A stretch of 64,000 bases of DNA from Rhizophagus irregularis (lineage: Eukaryota). The position numbers were made by a program, and so were the translations under genes. The notes under the pieces were generated by a model. It did no database searches and was not told the DNA's origin. It was given only the letters and a program-made list of their open reading frames with translations. Shown here in pieces: positions 1 through 12,495 of the stretch; position 1 is the first letter of the stretch; every line of letters begins with the position of its first letter. Location: the NCBI RefSeq assembly GCF_026210795.1, contig NC_089434.1:3968001-4032000 (forward strand), read 5' to 3'.

Positions 1-12
1 ATTTTTAAGCGA

Positions 13-823
13 TCAACGTACTAAGTTTCCGTTGACATAGCGCCCCTGGTGACACAACCATAACAAGGTGGGAACCCATTCAAGAATAAAATACAATTGT
101 TTCAAATTTTAAGAATGTACATGGTTAAAGAATATATATAAAATGGGCGTATGTCACGTTCTGTTTCTATTTCATGATCATCATCACAAATCTTTTCAGA
201 ATTATCCATAATTGTACTATAATCTAATTTGAAAGGCCCAGAAATGCTAAAATCATTGAGTGTATCATCAAATGCTGGTCCTAATTCATCATCAGAAATA
301 GAAATGACATTAAGGTCTGGTTTAGATCCATTAAATCAATATTTGAAATTTACAAAAATAAAATAATGGTAAATTTCAAAATTAATTACCGGCTTCAGCT
401 TCATATTCTTGAATCGAAGTATCACATTTAATCACTTGTTTTTTATTACCCCGGATACGATCACCAATTAAAGTAAATGCAAATCAGAAATTGAGAAAAA
501 ATTGCTAAAATAGAAATTATCACTAATTTTTTTTAAAAAAAAGTCTGAACTCTGAAGACATTACCCACAGTAGTCTTTAGCACTTGGGTTGAACTTACAG
601 AAGATTCAATTGGTTGATGTATATCACTACTATGATCACGACCACGACCACAACCTCGTCCACGTCTACCGCCATTTTTTTCACGACCTTCTAATTAAAT
701 TAAAAAGTACTAAATAAAAAAATTATAATCATATTATATTGCAATTTTATATAAAAAATATTTACTTGTGACTTCTGCTTCATTTTGCATGGTAGTTTTT
801 TGTTCTTTTCGTACTCTTGTCAT
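13..823 (-). CDS. Putative multi-exon hypothetical protein with a GR-rich segment and an acidic segment
   Basis: ATG at 823. GT-AG introns join MTRVRKEQKTTMQNEAEVT / KGREKNGGRRGRGCGRGRDHSS... / ...DLNVISISDDELGPAFDD...; TGA at 13-15. One internal acceptor is uncertain and no family is recognised. Confidence 0.35.
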
Positions 824-1559
824 TTTAAAAAAAATAAATAATAATTTAAAAATGTTTTTTTTTATAAAATTGGAAGTACTGTACTAGTTACGAAATTTAA
901 AAAAATTATTTTTTTATTACTAATTTTATTATCAAGAAACAAAAGTTTATAAAAGTTTATTTTTAAACTTAATATAAGAAAAAGTCTATTATATGTTTAA
1001 GTTTATTTAGGCGAATAATTTAAATTTGAAACTTTAATATATAAAACCCATATATGTTAATAAATAAGCTTCTATATATATATTTTAATAAATAAACTTT
1101 TTTATACTTCTCACGGTTGCAAGTTTTGAAAATATCTAATTAAATTACCCTGACGTAATTGTGGCTAATCACATGATGATCACATTATCTTTAACATTCG
1201 GTCTTCAATAAATTTTTTCCTTAAAAAAAAATGATTGGATGATCAGATTTGATTATCTGATCTTTTTTTTAATTAATTTTTTTTTCTTCAGTTTCTTCAA
1301 GAACAGACCGAACGGGTTCTTTCAGAACGGTGATTTGGACTTCTAAGAATGCAAGAGGTGCGGAAGCTGGAAGGTTAGTATATTTCATTTTTTCTTTTCA
1401 TTTTTTTTTCATTTTTTTTTTGCTTACTTTATTTATTTCTTTAGGAATTGTCTCTTTTGGAACGAATATAAGAGATACGGGAAGGTTAGTATATTTTTTC
1501 GTTATATATATATATTTTTTCTTTTTTTTTATTTTATAATTTTCAGTTTTTTCTTTCTT

Positions 1560-2010
1560 TTATTTACTTTATTCTTATTTCTTTAGGAACGGTCTCTTCT
1601 TTCGGAATAGCAGTTTCGATGGATTTCTAAGAATGCAAGATAGACGGGAGGTTAGTATATTTTTCGTTTATTTTCATTTTTTTTATTTATTTTTTTCTTT
1701 ACTCACCTTATTTTTATTTCTTTAGGAATGATCTCTTCTTTCGGAATGGCAGTTTCAGTGGATTTCTAAGAATGCAAGATAGACGGGAGGTTAGTATATT
1801 TTTCGTTTATTTTCATTTTTTTTTATTTATTTTTTTCTTTACTCACCTTATTTTTATTTCTTTAGGAACGGTCTCTTCTTTCAGAACAGCAGTTTCAGTG
1901 GATTTCTAAGAATGCAAGATAGACGGGAGGTTAGTATATTTTTCGTTTACTTTCATTTTTTTTATTTATTTTTTTCTTTACTCACTTTATTCTTATTCTT
2001 TAGGAACGTC
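1560..2010 (+). repeat. Tandem repeat of a ~140-bp unit (64-nt exon plus ~75-nt intron); three near-identical copies plus degenerate flanking copies
   Basis: TTTAG|GAAxGxTCTCTTCTTTC...GGATTTCTAAGAATGCAAGATAGACGGGAG|GTTAGTATAT recurs with exon starts at 1587, 1726 and 1866. Confidence 0.95.
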
Positions 2011-2859
2011 TCTTCTTTTGAAACGGTGATGATCAGGAATAGAGGTAAATGAGGAGCGGTATGTGCGGATGTGTTTATTAATTAAGAAACTCTTTAACGT
2101 TTCTTTTTGGACCACTAAAGTTCAGTCTTTAATTATTAAAAAAATTATTTTTTTACGGAAATACTTTAGGAACCGTCACCTGGACTTGAATTCGTGAAAG
2201 GGTAAGTTAAGCATATGGTCCTTTTGTTATAGGAACGTCACTAACGTTCCTTTTTTTTCCTTTAGGAACTGGCATTCGGGATTTTTTTTAACAATTGCTC
2301 TGCATTTCTTTATTAGTCTCTGTAATTCCGCACCTTCCATATCAGCTCTGAACTACCTTCCTTCAGTGAAGCATCCATCACCGTTTTTTTTAACGAACAG
2401 TTTCTAACATTGGATTCTTCTGGTAGGTAATTTTTTTTCATAAATTACTTTATTTTAACGAACTCTATTAAAGGTTCATTTTTCTCTTTTAGATTTGCCA
2501 TTTTATTTCTTCGTATTCGTCATTAACTTTTGATTTTCTTTTTTTTTTGTAGATTTGGCTTCTTTTTAGATTTTGGTGACCCCTTCAGTGTTATCTTTCT
2601 TTTTAGGTTTTGGTATTTCCTTTTTTATGGTTTAATGTTTCTTTTGTGGAAATTAAGGTGGGTTTTTTCTATTGTTTGTTGGTTTTTTTTGTTGTCTTTG
2701 GTTTGGTACTAAACTATTAAACTTTCTTTTTTAAGTTTTGTTTTCGTTTCACCCTTCAAACGCATGGGATTTTGGTGAGAAATCGGACAATGTTTATATT
2801 TCTATATATTTCTTTAATGTAACGTATACTAACATTTTTATTTTTTCTTTTTTTAAAAG

Positions 2860-3448
2860 ACTGAGTCTTTAGACATCCCGAATGATCCTTACGTCATGTA
2901 TACAAATCCTCAAGGCAAAATTACTACGGCGTTGAATATTGCTTGTCACAAATCTTTGTTTAACAAAAATTATCTTCTACATATCATTATATGTATTTTG
3001 GGATCAACGGGTCCAATATATGGAGAAATTAAAAGGATTGGGGACACGCAATTGGGTGTTCCAACTCAATGTATTTTACTCAAACGATTAGCGAGAAAAA
3101 TTGGAATCGATCAAATTTGTTCAAACATCTTTTTGAAAGTGAACGCAAAATTAGGTGGACAAAATGTAATATTAACCAATGATCAAATTGATTTTTTGTA
3201 TCTTTAGAACTGACAGTGATATTTGGCGCTGACATTTTCCATTCCAGAAGAGGTGATAATAGGCCAAGTATTTCAGCTGTATGTGTCTCATTGGATTCAA
3301 AAGCTACTAGATACGGAAGATTTAGTGTTAATAAGGATCCTCAAAATGAAATTATTGAAGATATCAAAGGAATAGTAATCGATTTACTTTGTGTTTTTTA
3401 TCAAAGAAATTAAGTTTTACTGAGAAAAATTTTGTTTTATCGTGATCG
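2860..3448 (+). pseudogene. AGO: Argonaute fragment (MID domain and start of PIWI domain), frameshifted and truncated
   Basis: Motifs YGEIKRIGDTQLGVPTQC, NIFLKVNAKLGGQN, IFGADIFH, PSISAVCVS and KILFYRD are characteristic of eukaryotic AGO. There is a frameshift in a T-run near 3195 and an in-frame TAA at 3411-3413. N and PAZ domains and the PIWI C-terminal half are absent. Confidence 0.92.
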
Positions 3449-3971
3449 GTGAGTTTGGCAATTTTTTCTTGATTTTTATTTTGACAAGCATTTTCTAACT
3501 GTTCTTTTTTTTTTAGATGGTTCTTAAATTCTTTGGACGAGGAACTTTGGTGGGAGTATTATTTTTTTGTCTTATTCCATCTTTATTTCGTCTTTTAAAA
3601 ACGGTTGCTAATTTCTTTTTTTCCTTTTTTTTTAGGCAGCTCAGACACGGATCTTGGTGAAATCGACTCTTAGTTAGATGCTCGCGTGAGATAGGTAAGT
3701 TTCGAAAAAAAAGGAATTCGAAACTTTATAGAAAGAGGTTTTTTTTAATTTATTTCCTTTTTTTGTAGAGAAGTTGGCTCCAGCTTGGAAACCAAAATCC
3801 CAAGTATAGTTTCAAAAAAAGGAATTCGAAACTTTAGAAAAAAGATTTTTTTAGCTTTTTTTTAGTATAGATTAATATCGATACAAAATAGATTTAATAT
3901 AGATTTAGATAGTTGATACAATGAAGCTGTATTATAACTTTGAGTAAACTGTAATATTACTTTAAATAAAC

Positions 3972-4070
3972 AATATATTTACATTAAATAAACTACATTT
4001 TTGCAATATTTTTACATTAAATAAACTACATTTTTGCAATATATTTACATTAAATAAACTACATTTTTGC
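3972..4070. repeat. 33-bp tandem repeat, three copies
   Basis: AATAT(A/T)TTTACATTAAATAAACTACATTTTTGC repeated three times. Confidence 0.9.
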
Positions 4071-4372
4071 ATTGTATTTGTTACATGGACTCTCGAAATT
4101 ACTCACAGTATTTTTATATTCGCTCCATATGGATACCCTACGTTAAATATAAAATAGCGATACGCCTACTACTTTTTTATAATATATATAGCGGCTACAT
4201 AGCTACTACACAGTCCCGATTTCGCAAGTTTCAGTAAAGTTAAGATTGTGAGAAAGTGAACCAAATAGTTGAGTGATTACTTGTTTCTATCACTTGAAAA
4301 TTTATATTATGTATAGAAAAAAAAGTAATGATGAAAATGATGAAATATTGAAAAATTATTCTCATCTTTAGA

Positions 4373-4852
4373 ATGGATTATTGGGAAAAGGTGTATGAAT
4401 TTAAATATTCAAATGATCAAAATGATGGCAAAAATATATCAGGCTTCTCTTACTCATATTCAAAAATTACTCAATTATAGAATACTTTAGATATCATTTA
4501 CGTTGAATTAAGAGCATTATTCCTTTGTACTCGGCACCTTGACCATTCTTCTAGAAATTTAATAATAGAAGATATAATTAGTAAATTATTTCTACATTTT
4601 GCTAAGAAGAAAGAAAACAAACAAAAAACTGGTTTTATGGGCAAACGTTTTTGAAAAGTTTTTGATGGATGGATTTTGAATCACAAGTCGGAGTTACCTT
4701 CCTGGACTGTATCATTTTTTTGCATATAAATATGCAGGTAAAAGTTACAAGCATTTTTTGGAATAATGCTTCTATTGAAGAAAAAGACAGTTTATAAAAA
4801 ATTGTTTAAACGTGTGCATGAAATTCAGAAAGAATTATATTCTCAAAAATGA
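4373..4852 (+). pseudogene. Degenerate HMG-box (MATA_HMG-like) gene
   Basis: Reading across frameshifts gives KQKTGFM...AGKVTSIFWNNASIEEKDSYKKLFKRVHEIQKELYSQK*, which fits the W..x..EK..Y.....H....Y pattern of HMG helices 2-3. Stops and frameshifts are present. Confidence 0.4.
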
Positions 4853-7800
4853 TCTTACTAGAATAGAATTATTACTGGTACATTATGATTATTATTTTTA
4901 AAGTAACAACATTGATATTTATATTTTTACCTTAATAAATACTATTTGAAAATTTAGTAAAAGATGAATATTTTAATAATTCTACTAGAGTTATATCAAT
5001 AAAATACTATGATTACTATCTTGGCCTTTTATATATTAATGGAGGACTCTTTATTCCAGCTAAGTTGAAAATCGAATAAGCAATTTTCCAGATGCTGACC
5101 AATGCTATTCATTTCTTGAATTATTTAAATGTGATAGTAGTGTGGTGTTGATAAAGATTACCAAAAGGATGTAAAAAATCAGCTGAAGGATATTTAAAAG
5201 GAATTACTATGTATAAATATGATGATTATAATTTTTTAATCTCAGTGAATTAAATAGACAAGATGTACCATAATAAAGAACATTATGGTAAAAAATAAAT
5301 AATAATGTGCTCAATAACAGATAGTGGAGAAGATGTAATGCCTCATTAATGATGGTCAATTAACTTTCTAAATGTGTTCCTTATAAGAATCAAAAGATTC
5401 AAAAGATTGGGCTAATGTCTTATCAATATAAAAACATTCTAAATGGATTTAATGGAGTTAAAATTAATGAGGATTTTTCAATTTACAATTTGGTAAGGAT
5501 ATATGTAGTTCTTGGAAGTTTTGGAACTAATCTTATTTATTCTTTGCAAATTAGTATTTTAATTTATATTTAAAATAAGTTTTCAAGAAATTAAAATAAT
5601 GTAAAATATCAATATTCAACAATTAATTTTTCACTAACTACTGATTGTATAATTTGGCTTTTAATTAGTAAAACTAAAATCCAATAATGTTTTTATTGTA
5701 ATTGCTTTTGTTTAAAAATGAAAATTTTAATAATCACTTATTTAAAATATAAATTAAATTAAATGTAAAAATAAGTAAATTAATACTATTAAATTAAATG
5801 AAAAAATAAAATTTATATTACTTACTACATTTCTCTTGTAAATATTTTCTAACTTTATCACATGTATTCTTACTATTTGGATATTCTTTATCGATAATAG
5901 ATAATTGATCATCTGTATTTTCCAACATAGTTATATCTTTCAGTTCCTCTATATCTTTTTGAAATGTACTGTAACTTGTTTAATAATTTCATTTTTAGCT
6001 AATACAAAATATGAAAAAGTTAGTTAATTTTTATGACATTTATATAAAATAATATATTATACCTGATTTTTTTAAACAAGAAAAATGATAAAAACTGTCA
6101 TTAGTTTTATATTCTTCACCAACTGAAGTTCCAAAATAAGAGATGTTCAATTTTTCGCTTAATGGAATCACAAGTGTTAAAAATTCTACACCACAAGTAA
6201 CTTGTAAAGTTCGATACTAGAAATTAAACACATTTAACAATTAATTCTATAAAATTTTATATTATAACTGGTAATCACAAATTTGTTTATTTAATTCAGC
6301 TTTGCGAAGTCTTATACTTTCTATTAATTTTGGTTCCTTATTAAATCTATTTTTAGATAATTCTTCAGTTCTGTTTTTAAAAAGATTTTATCAAGTAATG
6401 CATTTCTTCAGCACATTGTTTTTGAGTTCCTGGAGTAGTAACTTTAATTTCTAAAAAAAATACTTCTTGATAAATTAAATCAAATAATATTTATAGAACA
6501 TACTATTTTTTGAACCATTCAGTTTGAAATGTATTCCATGAACTAATACTGCTGAGATTTTTTTGATGCTGGTTCTTGATTATCTTTCATGATACTCTAT
6601 AATTATATAAAAAATTTGGTCAAATCAAAGTAAAATATTCTTTGAATTATACTCAAAATTTTTAACCTTTATAAATGCTAGCTTAAGTGGCATTCGTCAG
6701 ATAACATTTGGATTTCTGCATCATGTTTTGTTGTAAAGCAATAATTTTTTCATATTTGTCTAAATTAACTAATTAACTTTAATATAAAGTATTTCAATAT
6801 TTAAAACATTACATTATCTTTTATTTGAAAATTTGATCACTAAAAAAATCAGATATGAGATATTAATGCAAAAGTCAATAATTTTTAAACAGTATATTAA
6901 AAAATCTTTATGCTGAAATATCCAATATGAGATGAGCGTAAAGAGATTAAAATGATCAAAATGATGAAAAGATTGTGATGTAAAAAGCATCGAATGAAGA
7001 AACTATAGCTCATAGCAGCATATCCAAAATTTGTATAAGTAAAAAAAAACTTACAATATGTACGTGCAGTAACAAAATATTATTGTAAAAAAAATGGTAC
7101 AGGATAATTTAAATAATTACACTTATCAGTATGATCACGATTCACATGCTTTAGTATATAAATGACGTGATTGATGCGATTAACATGTGTTAAAGTTTGA
7201 CAATTGATATCACATTGCTTATTACAAAATCACATTTGTTTTTTTTATTGCAATTTTAGTACATGAATTTATTTATTAGTTCTTTTATTTCTTCTCTACT
7301 AATTGTTTTTGAAATGGTCTTCTTCGGAACACATGCATTTGATATTAAATAAACAGGAATTTTCTGAGTATGGAAAATTAGTTTAGTATGCGAAGATTTT
7401 CAGCAGATAAATTATAGAATTGCAATGGCAGTATGTAAGTAGTTAGTAATTATTTTTGTCAATATAATTATTTTTTAACTAACGTGAAATTATTGATAAA
7501 AATAAAATGAAAATCAATATAATTATATTATTTCTTTCAACTATGCGAAAATCATTACAAAGTCTGTAGATCATTATTATAATTATTTTTTCAACTACAC
7601 AAAAGTTGTCGAAAGCGATGAATAAATTAATTACAGATTTATGCTACAAGTTACAAATTTATAAATTTCATATGAATTGAAAAAATTATACGAATTTTGT
7701 TTAAATGAAAATAATAAATAATACAATTTTAAAATATAAAAATTGTACAATTTCTGTAATAAATCTCACAATAATTGTACATTTAATTTTTACAAAAAAT

Positions 7801-8221
7801 AAATTTGATTCGAATACTGAATGAAAAAGTCTTATTGCTGTACATCATCACGTGCCGGCCCTATAAAAAAAAATTCTGCAAAGAAACTCAGACACGTGAT
7901 CATTTTTCTGAAAAATTTTTTATAGGGCGGATGGACATCAAACATGTCATCATCAAGTATATATTCCTTCGTTACACTTCGGACTAATCAGGTAATTAAC
8001 ATCCTAAATGGAACATTTTGTGAAATATTATTTTGAACAAACGTTTAGTATCACAGAATGAACCAAATTGGCTCGGAGTTTGGTTCCATTATATAAATTT
8101 AGTTTCATTCATAAATTTTAAGGGTTTTTGTTCTTTTTATTTGTCCTTCTGTAATTCTACATTCCAGACTTCTAGTTATAACAGATTATTAAACGTTTTT
8201 TCTTTATTTATTGAATAAAGA

Positions 8222-9679
8222 ATGCCTAAACTTATTAAAGATATTCTTTTTTTGATCTTTGAAGAGTTACAAAAAGATTCCAAATCTCTCTTTTCATGCC
8301 TAATGGTTAATAGGCTTTGGTGCGAAACTGTTATTCCAATCTTATGGAAAAACCCTTGGTGCCATAATATTAATTATAATAATAAAAATTCATTATACTC
8401 CATTATCATTTCCTATTTGTCAGATGATATTAAAGAATCTCCAATAAAACTAGAAATCTTCTTACCTCCCATTTTGCACCAACGTCTTTTATTTGATTAT
8501 TTATCTTTTTGCAGAAGCATAGATGTAGACATATTGAATAATATAATTTCTATAGGAACTTCAGAATTATATAATCAATTTCTTTTACAACTAGAAATTT
8601 ACAATCTTTTAATGAGGAAATGTTCTCAATTTAAGTATATTAATATTAGATCAATTCAGCATCAAATATTTTACTTTCCAGGAGCTAAGGCTCGACTTGA
8701 ATCACTTTGCGAATTAAAATGTGATACATATATTGATTCTTCATACTTTTATGGATTAGCACGTATTTGTCAAAATATACAAAGGCTAATTATTATAAAC
8801 AGAAAAATGAAAATTAATCATGGATTAGTCAAATTAATTGAAGATCAAAGAAATCTAAAATATTTTGAGTTGAAGGATGATTTTGACGATGAAGATTTTA
8901 TAGAAGATCCTTATAAGGAAATTTTTCTTGCATTAGCAAAAAAAGCTGATGCTCTCAATCATTTAATAATGTTCTTTGATTTTACTGATCATTATTATGA
9001 ACACACAATTATACAAGACGTACTCACAAAATTTCATAAATTAAAAACGTTAATAATTAGTAATACTTATATTTATTTTTCTGAAAACCAATTAAAAATG
9101 TTGGTGTATCATGAACTTGAGACCTTTAATATTGATTTCACTTCGTTAAATGAAGCTTCTGTTATAATTGAAAATAGTGGAGGACATCTCAGAGAAATTT
9201 TATTAAGATATACTGATTACGGATATTGGTATGATAACCTTGGTGAAGATTCTCTTAATTTTATTCGTAAAATCCATCAACATTGTCCTTCAATTGAAAG
9301 TTTGTCATTACTATTTCCATCAACAACGGATCATTTCATTGAATTTGAAACGTTATTAAAAAGTTGTCAAACTTTGAAATCATTATTATTAAGTATACCA
9401 ACTATTAATAAAGAAGAAACCGGAGAAGAATTAGTAAAAATATTAATTAGGTCAGCACCAACAAACCTAAGAGAAATTAGATTTTTTAAAGAATTTCAAT
9501 TTTCTTCGAAAAATTTGGAGACATTCTTTAAAAATTGGAAGGACCGGCCTGCACTTACTATACTTACATCTGATCCTATATATAAGGGAGATGACTATAT
9601 GAGATTGATCGATAAATACAAAGAAAATGGAGTAATTAAAGAATTTAGGTGTGATTCTGGAAGAAATATATACTATTAA
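8222..9679 (+). CDS. F-box domain protein with LRR-like C-terminal region (485 aa, single exon)
   Basis: N-terminal F-box-like motif LIKDILFLIFEELQKDSKSLFSCLMVNRLWCETVIPILWKNPW, followed by Leu-periodic segments (LESLCELKC, NLKYFEL, KLKTLII, CQTLKSLLL). Confidence 0.9.
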   Translation: MPKLIKDILFLIFEELQKDSKSLFSCLMVNRLWCETVIPILWKNPWCHNINYNNKNSLYSIIISYLSDDIKESPIKLEIFLPPILHQRLLFDYLSFCRSIDVDILNNIISIGTSELYNQFLLQLEIYNLLMRKCSQFKYINIRSIQHQIFYFPGAKARLESLCELKCDTYIDSSYFYGLARICQNIQRLIIINRKMKINHGLVKLIEDQRNLKYFELKDDFDDEDFIEDPYKEIFLALAKKADALNHLIMFFDFTDHYYEHTIIQDVLTKFHKLKTLIISNTYIYFSENQLKMLVYHELETFNIDFTSLNEASVIIENSGGHLREILLRYTDYGYWYDNLGEDSLNFIRKIHQHCPSIESLSLLFPSTTDHFIEFETLLKSCQTLKSLLLSIPTINKEETGEELVKILIRSAPTNLREIRFFKEFQFSSKNLETFFKNWKDRPALTILTSDPIYKGDDYMRLIDKYKENGVIKEFRCDSGRNIYY

Positions 9680-10799
9680 ATTTAAGGTAAAATAGCTCAG
9701 TCATAACCTATATGTTTATATTTATTAAATATGTAAAATATTTGTATTATTTCTTTGCGTTGTATGTAATATTAAGTTTGAAGTTTGTATTTTTGTAATT
9801 AAGAACCAATTTTTGGAAAAATTCGCTATAAGAATCGTATTATAAGTTACAAATAAAAAATGTTTACCACAATTATATATATACTATATACAACATAAAG
9901 TTGAGTATTTGAACTTTTTGCGATAAAGCTTAGTATTCCACCAACATTTCTATATTTTTGGAATAATAACTATATACAAATATTCATATCGAAAGTATAA
10001 CGTAAATGAGAAATAGTACATCTTACACCTTTTTTCTGTTATGTCATTCATCTACTTCATAATAATAAAGTGCTTCAAATGAAAGAGTTTCGTTAGAATA
10101 TAATATATGGGAAATCTTCAAAAACTTTATCAAGCATCTGCTGATCAAAAAGGAACCGGATAGAACCAACTTTTGAAACAGCAATTTCATCTTCTTTGAG
10201 GTGGGTGGATCTTTATCTTTTTTTTTGTATTTTTCGTTAGGAACGTTACTTACCATCCCCTTTTCCTTTTCATTATAGGAATGAATTACTTAGATTTCTT
10301 TGTAAAGCAAAAGTATGGGATAATTTAAGAGTAGAATGAGTAAAAATTTATAAATATTTTGAAAAATTAAATAATATATCTTCTATCAATAAATAAAATC
10401 AATTAATACTACTAAAGAGTTGCTTTAAATTCAATTCCTTTATTAATTTCATTCATAATGCATTAGTAACAATGCATTTTTAACATAATAATTGTCATAT
10501 GCTATCATCAAAATCATTTATTTTGGCACGAATGCTTACTATAAAATCTACTGCTAAATTTCCACCTGCCTTCTCACAGCGACATTTGTTACTATTACAT
10601 TCACTCCTACAATTAATTACATATATATGTGGTAATGCATTACCTTTAAAAACGTGGAACTTAAACACAATATTCTTTTTAATTAATTGATTAAATTTAT
10701 ATGATTTAATTTCAATTAAACAATTCTCTATACTAAATTATTTTTCATTTCTATTAATCTCACATTAAAATTCTCGTTTCTGTATACTTCATTACTAAG

Positions 10800-11612
10800 T
10801 TAAATTTTTTCTTTTGTGTTCAAAGCAATTCCATTCTTAACACAAAATTCGCCATTTGATTTCAAACTTGTTAAATTAAATAAGTGTGATAGGAAATCGG
10901 TGGTATTAGGTGGTCTACTAGTAGTCAAACTGAAACTTTGTATTGTTCTTGCATATTTTATTAGAGTTAACTCAAGAGTTTCAATAAATTCTTCGTCATG
11001 CATTCCACTAAAATAACTTGTTGTTGAAAGACTAATATTAAATAGTCTGTTAAGTTCAATTAACCTAATAAATCCATGATTGTTGTCTTTCTTACTAATA
11101 TGAAGTTCCAATTCTCTAATATATTTACACATCCCTATTAATCGATAGAATACTCTTATCTAAAGTTCTAAACTAGTGCTGCAACTGAGAAATTCAATAT
11201 CTGATAGGAAAAACTTGAATCCAGGTAAAAGATGTATTGGATGGTTAAAGTTCCAAGGTATATCATTGTAATAATAAACATTCCCGCCAGAACGTACAAC
11301 TAACTCATTGATTCTACCTAAATCTAAATGCTTACAAAAACTAATATAATTAAATAAAGGTTTCTTGTATGAATCAAATGAAAAATAAATATCTAAATTA
11401 TTTCATGATTCAACTGATAAATGTAAAATAAGTAAATTCAGTAGAAATCTCTCATTTGACAAACTTAAATTATCCAAGGATTTCTCCATAGGATGGATAG
11501 CAATCTCACACCAAATTTTATTAACTAAGAGGCAAGAAAGAAGAGTCTTTCTATCATTATGCGACTCTTTAACAATATGATATAAGAGGTCAAAGATTAA
11601 TAATTTGGACAT
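10800..11612 (-). pseudogene. F-box protein pseudogene, convergent with the intact F-box gene
   Basis: MSKLLIFDLLYHIVKESHNDRKTLLSCLLVNKIWCEIAI (F-box motif), then a frameshift. A later fragment CKYIRELELHISKKDNNHGFIRLIE parallels CQNIQRLII...NHGLVKLIE of 8222-9679. Confidence 0.8.
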
Positions 11613-12216
11613 TATTATTATTCTTGATAAAAAGATTATCAAGATTAATTAATAAAAATGTGAGATAGATATTTATACATGTTATAGTCTATAGTAACAA
11701 GGAAACGGAAATTATTATAAGCCCAAATTGTTGCTTAGAATTAGATGTTTTGTTTGATTGTTGTACATCACCATGTACTTGACGGACGGCAATAGAAAGC
11801 CACACAAGCTACAAGATTAAGATATTATTGGTGGTATGTGGATCATGAAATATTTATCAGAAATTATGCAATGCCACTTCTACAATGCAAGGTAACTTAC
11901 ACAGTTATATTATATATATATAATTTTATTAATAATAAAAGTTTGTTTAAATATAGTTACAAAGGTGATAATGATAATCTCTTTATTCATACCTGCACAG
12001 TACCATAATTTTCCACAAAATTTAGCTGCAAGCCTTCGCGGCTTATGCCAACGATCAGCTGATCGCTCAACACCTTAGCAAGTCACAAAAAATCCAATCT
12101 AATCAGAAATTTTAATTAAAAAATTTGTTAATAGACTAAAAATATAAAGAAAAAATTTACACAGCAATTCATCTTAAATAATAAAACTATTATTTTATAG
12201 ACAATTTCTATTCGTA

Positions 12217-12495
12217 CACGGAGTGGGAGTGTTCAAACACGGGTTTCCAAAAAAGTAAATTTTCTATGCTGATCATTTAATGTTGGGCAGAATTAATTTA
12301 ACGAAAAAATAGGAAAAAAAAGAATTTGTTAAATAAATCAAAATTGACATTCAAATCAACTTTGACGCTTTAAGTAAACTTACAGAACAGACAAAAATAC
12401 ACATACCGCGTGTTTCTTTAAAATTATATTTATTAAAATTTATTTTTACATAACTTTTTAATAAAGTCACGTGATATATGTATGAACACCCCGTG
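12217..12495. mobile_element. Degenerate MITE, TA-flanked (Tc1/mariner-like)
   Basis: Left end TA|CACGGAG(TGGGAG)TGTTCA and right end TGAACACCCCGTG|TA are imperfect inverted termini. Confidence 0.5.

Larger units (their letters stand above)
1292..3830 (+). ncRNA. Putative spliced non-coding transcript made of a chain of micro-exons (probably transposon-associated)
   Basis: Successive short exons (1292-1373, 1445-1484, 1587-1650, 1726-1789, 1866-1929, 2004-2044, 2170-2201, 2266-2426, and more to about 3830) are flanked by GTTAGT/GTAAGT donors and pyrimidine-rich TTTAG acceptors, some with CTAAC/CTCAC branch points. No continuous reading frame. Confidence 0.5.

Noticed and set aside
1560..2010. 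CRISPR-like repeat-spacer array next to an Argonaute fragment
   Set aside because: Both the exon and the intron parts are repeated, so there are no unique spacers. The context is eukaryotic and there are no cas genes.
2896..3413. Functional short or prokaryotic-type Argonaute
   Set aside because: The motifs are eukaryotic AGO-type, and the frame has a frameshift, a stop and a truncation after FYRD.
5040..6760. Possible Sel1-like relic (plus strand) and a multi-exon relic (minus strand)
   Set aside because: Only a few words such as KKSAEGYLKG are suggestive; too degraded to support a call.
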